DNA of 64,000 nt from Malacoraja senta (lineage: Eukaryota). The stretch is from contig CM075995.1 of NCBI GenBank assembly GCA_038087875.1, positions 10,418,001 through 10,482,000 of the forward strand. The letters run 5' to 3'. The notes under the pieces are model-generated. The model saw only the letters and a program-made list of their open reading frames with translations. It was not told the origin of the DNA and made no database searches. Each line of letters begins with the position of its first letter. Position 1 is the first letter of the stretch. Positions 63,237 to 64,000 of this stretch are shown piece after piece. Made by a program: the position numbers and the translations under genes.

Positions 63237-64000
63237 TTCAAATATTGTATCTGCTCTGCAGAATATAAAGCAGGATAGTAAAAGCTTCTTTAGGTATGTG
63301 AAGAGGAAAAAATTAGTTCAGACCAAAGTTGGACCCTTGAGGGTGAATTTATTATGGGGAAGTAGGAAATGGCAGATGAGTTGAACAGGTACTTTGGATC
63401 TGTCTTCACTAAGGAGGACACAAACAATCTTCCTGATATAGTAGTGGCCAGATGATCTGGAGTGACGAAGGAAATGAATGAAATCCACATTAGGCAGGAA
63501 ATGGTGTTGTATAGACTGATGACCCAGAAGGCTGATCCACAGGAGCTGATGGTCTACATCCCAGGGTACTTAAGAAAGTGGCTCTAGAAATCGTGGATGC
63601 ATTGGTGATAACTTTTCAATGTTCTATAGACTCAGGATCAGTTCCTGTGGATTGGAGGGTAGCTAATGTTATCCCACTTTTCAAGAAAGGCGGGAGAGAG
63701 AAAACAGGGAATTATAGACCAGTTAGCCTGACATCGGTGGTGGGGAAGATGCTGGAGTCAATTATAAAAGTTGAGATAGCCGAACATTTGGATAGCAGTA
63801 ACAGGATCGGTCCGAGCCAACATGGATTTATGAAGGGGAAATCATGCTTGACTAATCTTCTGGAATTGTTTGAAGTTGTAACTAGGAAAAGAGAGAAAGA
63901 AGAGCCAGTGGATGTAGTGTACCTGGCCTTTCAGAAATCATTTGATAAGGTCCCACATAGGAGATTAGTGGGCAAAATTAGGGCACATGGTATTGGGGGT
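63237..64000 (+). mobile_element. CR1 RT fragment (duplicate of 45300-46065), runs off the window
   Basis: Near-identical to 45300-46065. Confidence 0.88.

Larger units (their letters stand above)
49813..64000 (+). repeat. Second copy of a segmental duplication of ~31835-46065 (offset ~17.9 kb)
   Basis: Offsets 17978, 17972, 17936, 17935 for matching ORFs; shared TEs and pseudo-exons. Confidence 0.95.

Overview
Vertebrate nuclear DNA; the CR1, V-SINE and Penelope-type repeats suggest a cartilaginous fish such as a skate or ray (inference). The window lies entirely inside one + strand, multi-exon gene encoding a long tandem array of F-type lectin (fucolectin/tachylectin-4/pentraxin-1, FTP) domains. 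Each domain is split into a 280-bp exon A (phase 1 to 2) and a 161-bp exon B, or a 386-416-bp exon B carrying a Pro/Thr-rich linker (phase 2 to 1), all with AG/GT sites. Sixteen A exons and 15 intact B exons splice into one stop-free frame of about 2,530 codons; neither start nor stop is in the window. Every domain replaces the canonical fucose-binding motif H-X26-R-X-D-X4-R/K with R-X26-R-X-D-X4-Q (or H). The locus grew by nested duplications of 24 bp, 932 bp, 2.1 kb, 4.1 kb and 17.9 kb. It also holds seven extra exon-B copies with an in-frame, LINE-derived candidate acceptor, two dead B exons and two collapsed A/B remnants. Introns contain CR1, Rex1/Babar-like and L1 LINEs, a V-SINE, a TTAA-flanked MITE, a probable solo LTR and a palindrome with hammerhead-like motifs. 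Exon structure is inferred from sequence only, with no transcript evidence.
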